NCBI GenBank assembly: GCA_050331735.1
Contig: JBHJGN010000003.1
Coordinates: forward strand, 1 to 49,792
Source of the DNA: Cyanophyceae cyanobacterium
GTDB taxonomy: Bacteria; Cyanobacteriota; Cyanobacteriia; Cyanobacteriales; JBHJGN01
Direction: 5' to 3'
DNA: 49,792 nt
In this document: positions 48,908-49,792 of the stretch, one piece after another
Numbering within the stretch: the stretch's first letter is position 1
Layout of the letters: every line of letters starts with the position of its first letter
Translations under genes and position numbers: made by a program
Notes under the pieces: model-generated
What the model was told of the DNA's origin: nothing
What the model saw: the letters and a program-made list of their open reading frames with translations, nothing else
The model's database searches: none

Positions 48908-49652
48908 ATGAAGACGTTAAAGTTCAAACTTTACGATAATAAGCGCAATAGATATCTCAAGCGAGCGATCAATGTCGCTGGCTGTATCTACAACCGCTGT
49001 ATTGCACTTCATCGGCGATACTATCGGATGTTTGGCAAACACCTTAACGTCTTCAGGCTCCAGAAACATATAGCTAAGCTGCGTTCTCGTATTCCGTTCT
49101 GGCAACAAGTAGGCTCTCAAGCGGTGCAGGATATCTGTCAGCGTATTGAGAAAGCATACAAGCGCTTTTTCTCAGACAAGAAAGCTGGCAAGCCTAGCTT
49201 CAAGAAAGTACGCAAGTACAAGTCATTTACGCTCAAGCAGGCAGGCTACAAGTTTCTGGGAGGCAATCGAATCAAGATAGGCAACAAAGTCTATCAGTTC
49301 TGGAAGTCAAGAGAGATAGAGGGAAAAATAAAGACTGTAACCGTTAAGCGCTCAGCGGTCGGTGAGATGTACTTAGCCGTTGTCGTAGACAACTACGAAA
49401 TAGATGAGGTTGCAGCCAAGACGGGTAGAACCGCTGGCTTTGACTTTGGGCTTCGTACATTTCTCAGTACTCTGACAAAGAACAGATACAGTCACCTCAA
49501 TTTCTCAAAGCAGCACTCAAAGAGCTAGCCGTAGCTAGCCGCAACTTATCTCGGAAGAAGAAAGGGTCTAACAATTGGCACAGGGCTAGAGTCAATCTAG
49601 CTAGAGCGCATGAAAACGTGACTAACAAGCGCCGTGATACTATTTCTGGAAA
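48908..49652 (+). pseudogene. tnpB: Frameshifted, truncated TnpB (IS605/IS1341 type)
   Basis: MKTLKFKLY...GKPSFKK...AGFDFGLRTF (RuvC-I). Frame shifts near 49470 and continues SDKEQIQSPQFLK...KKKGSNNWHRAR...KRRD; shifts again near 49639 (YFWK); similarity is then lost. Confidence 0.88.
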
Positions 49653-49792
49653 AGTGTGATCTGGGCACTCGTGCTGCGTAGCAGCCAAAAGATATGACCA
49701 ACCAGAATCAGAGCGTACCTCTGTTTCCGTTAAAGAGTTCTCGACTTGAAAAACCCGTTGTCGCAGAAATGGTAAAGTGGGGAAATTTTGGT

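Larger units (their letters stand above)
1..49792. repeat. HIP1 octamer GCGATCGC dispersed through the window
   Basis: About 45 copies counted by eye (e.g. 877, 1082, 8714, 10162); none seen in the tnpB segment. Confidence 0.9.

Overview
Cyanobacterial chromosomal segment: about 45 HIP1 octamers (GCGATCGC) by eye, plus cyanobacteria-typical genes ldpA, ycf45-like and guaB3. It holds about 40 mostly housekeeping CDSs (folP, tpiA, leuD, guaA, cbiD, amt, guaB3, ldpA, clpS, natC/natA, surE, pgsA, cobT, galE), a large hybrid histidine kinase with a REC-GGDEF-EAL partner, a stress-type cluster, a stand-alone Rad50/DndD-like ATPase, an IS1-like remnant at the left end and a frameshifted tnpB at the right end. 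I saw no rRNA, tRNA or CRISPR array. Two signals stand out. (1) Eight copies of a modular intergenic element sit at gene 3' ends. Each has GGGGAAA/TTTCCCC arms studded with 13-14 bp micro-hairpins whose stems co-vary, and six copies have a 33 bp core of constant length; one copy carries a nested MITE and one supplies a protein C-terminus. (2) A K+-channel-like gene with a non-canonical filter (GVGYG) has a canonical NtcA-type promoter and lies directly upstream of an ammonium transporter. All calls come from reading the sequence and ORF track; no database searches were run.
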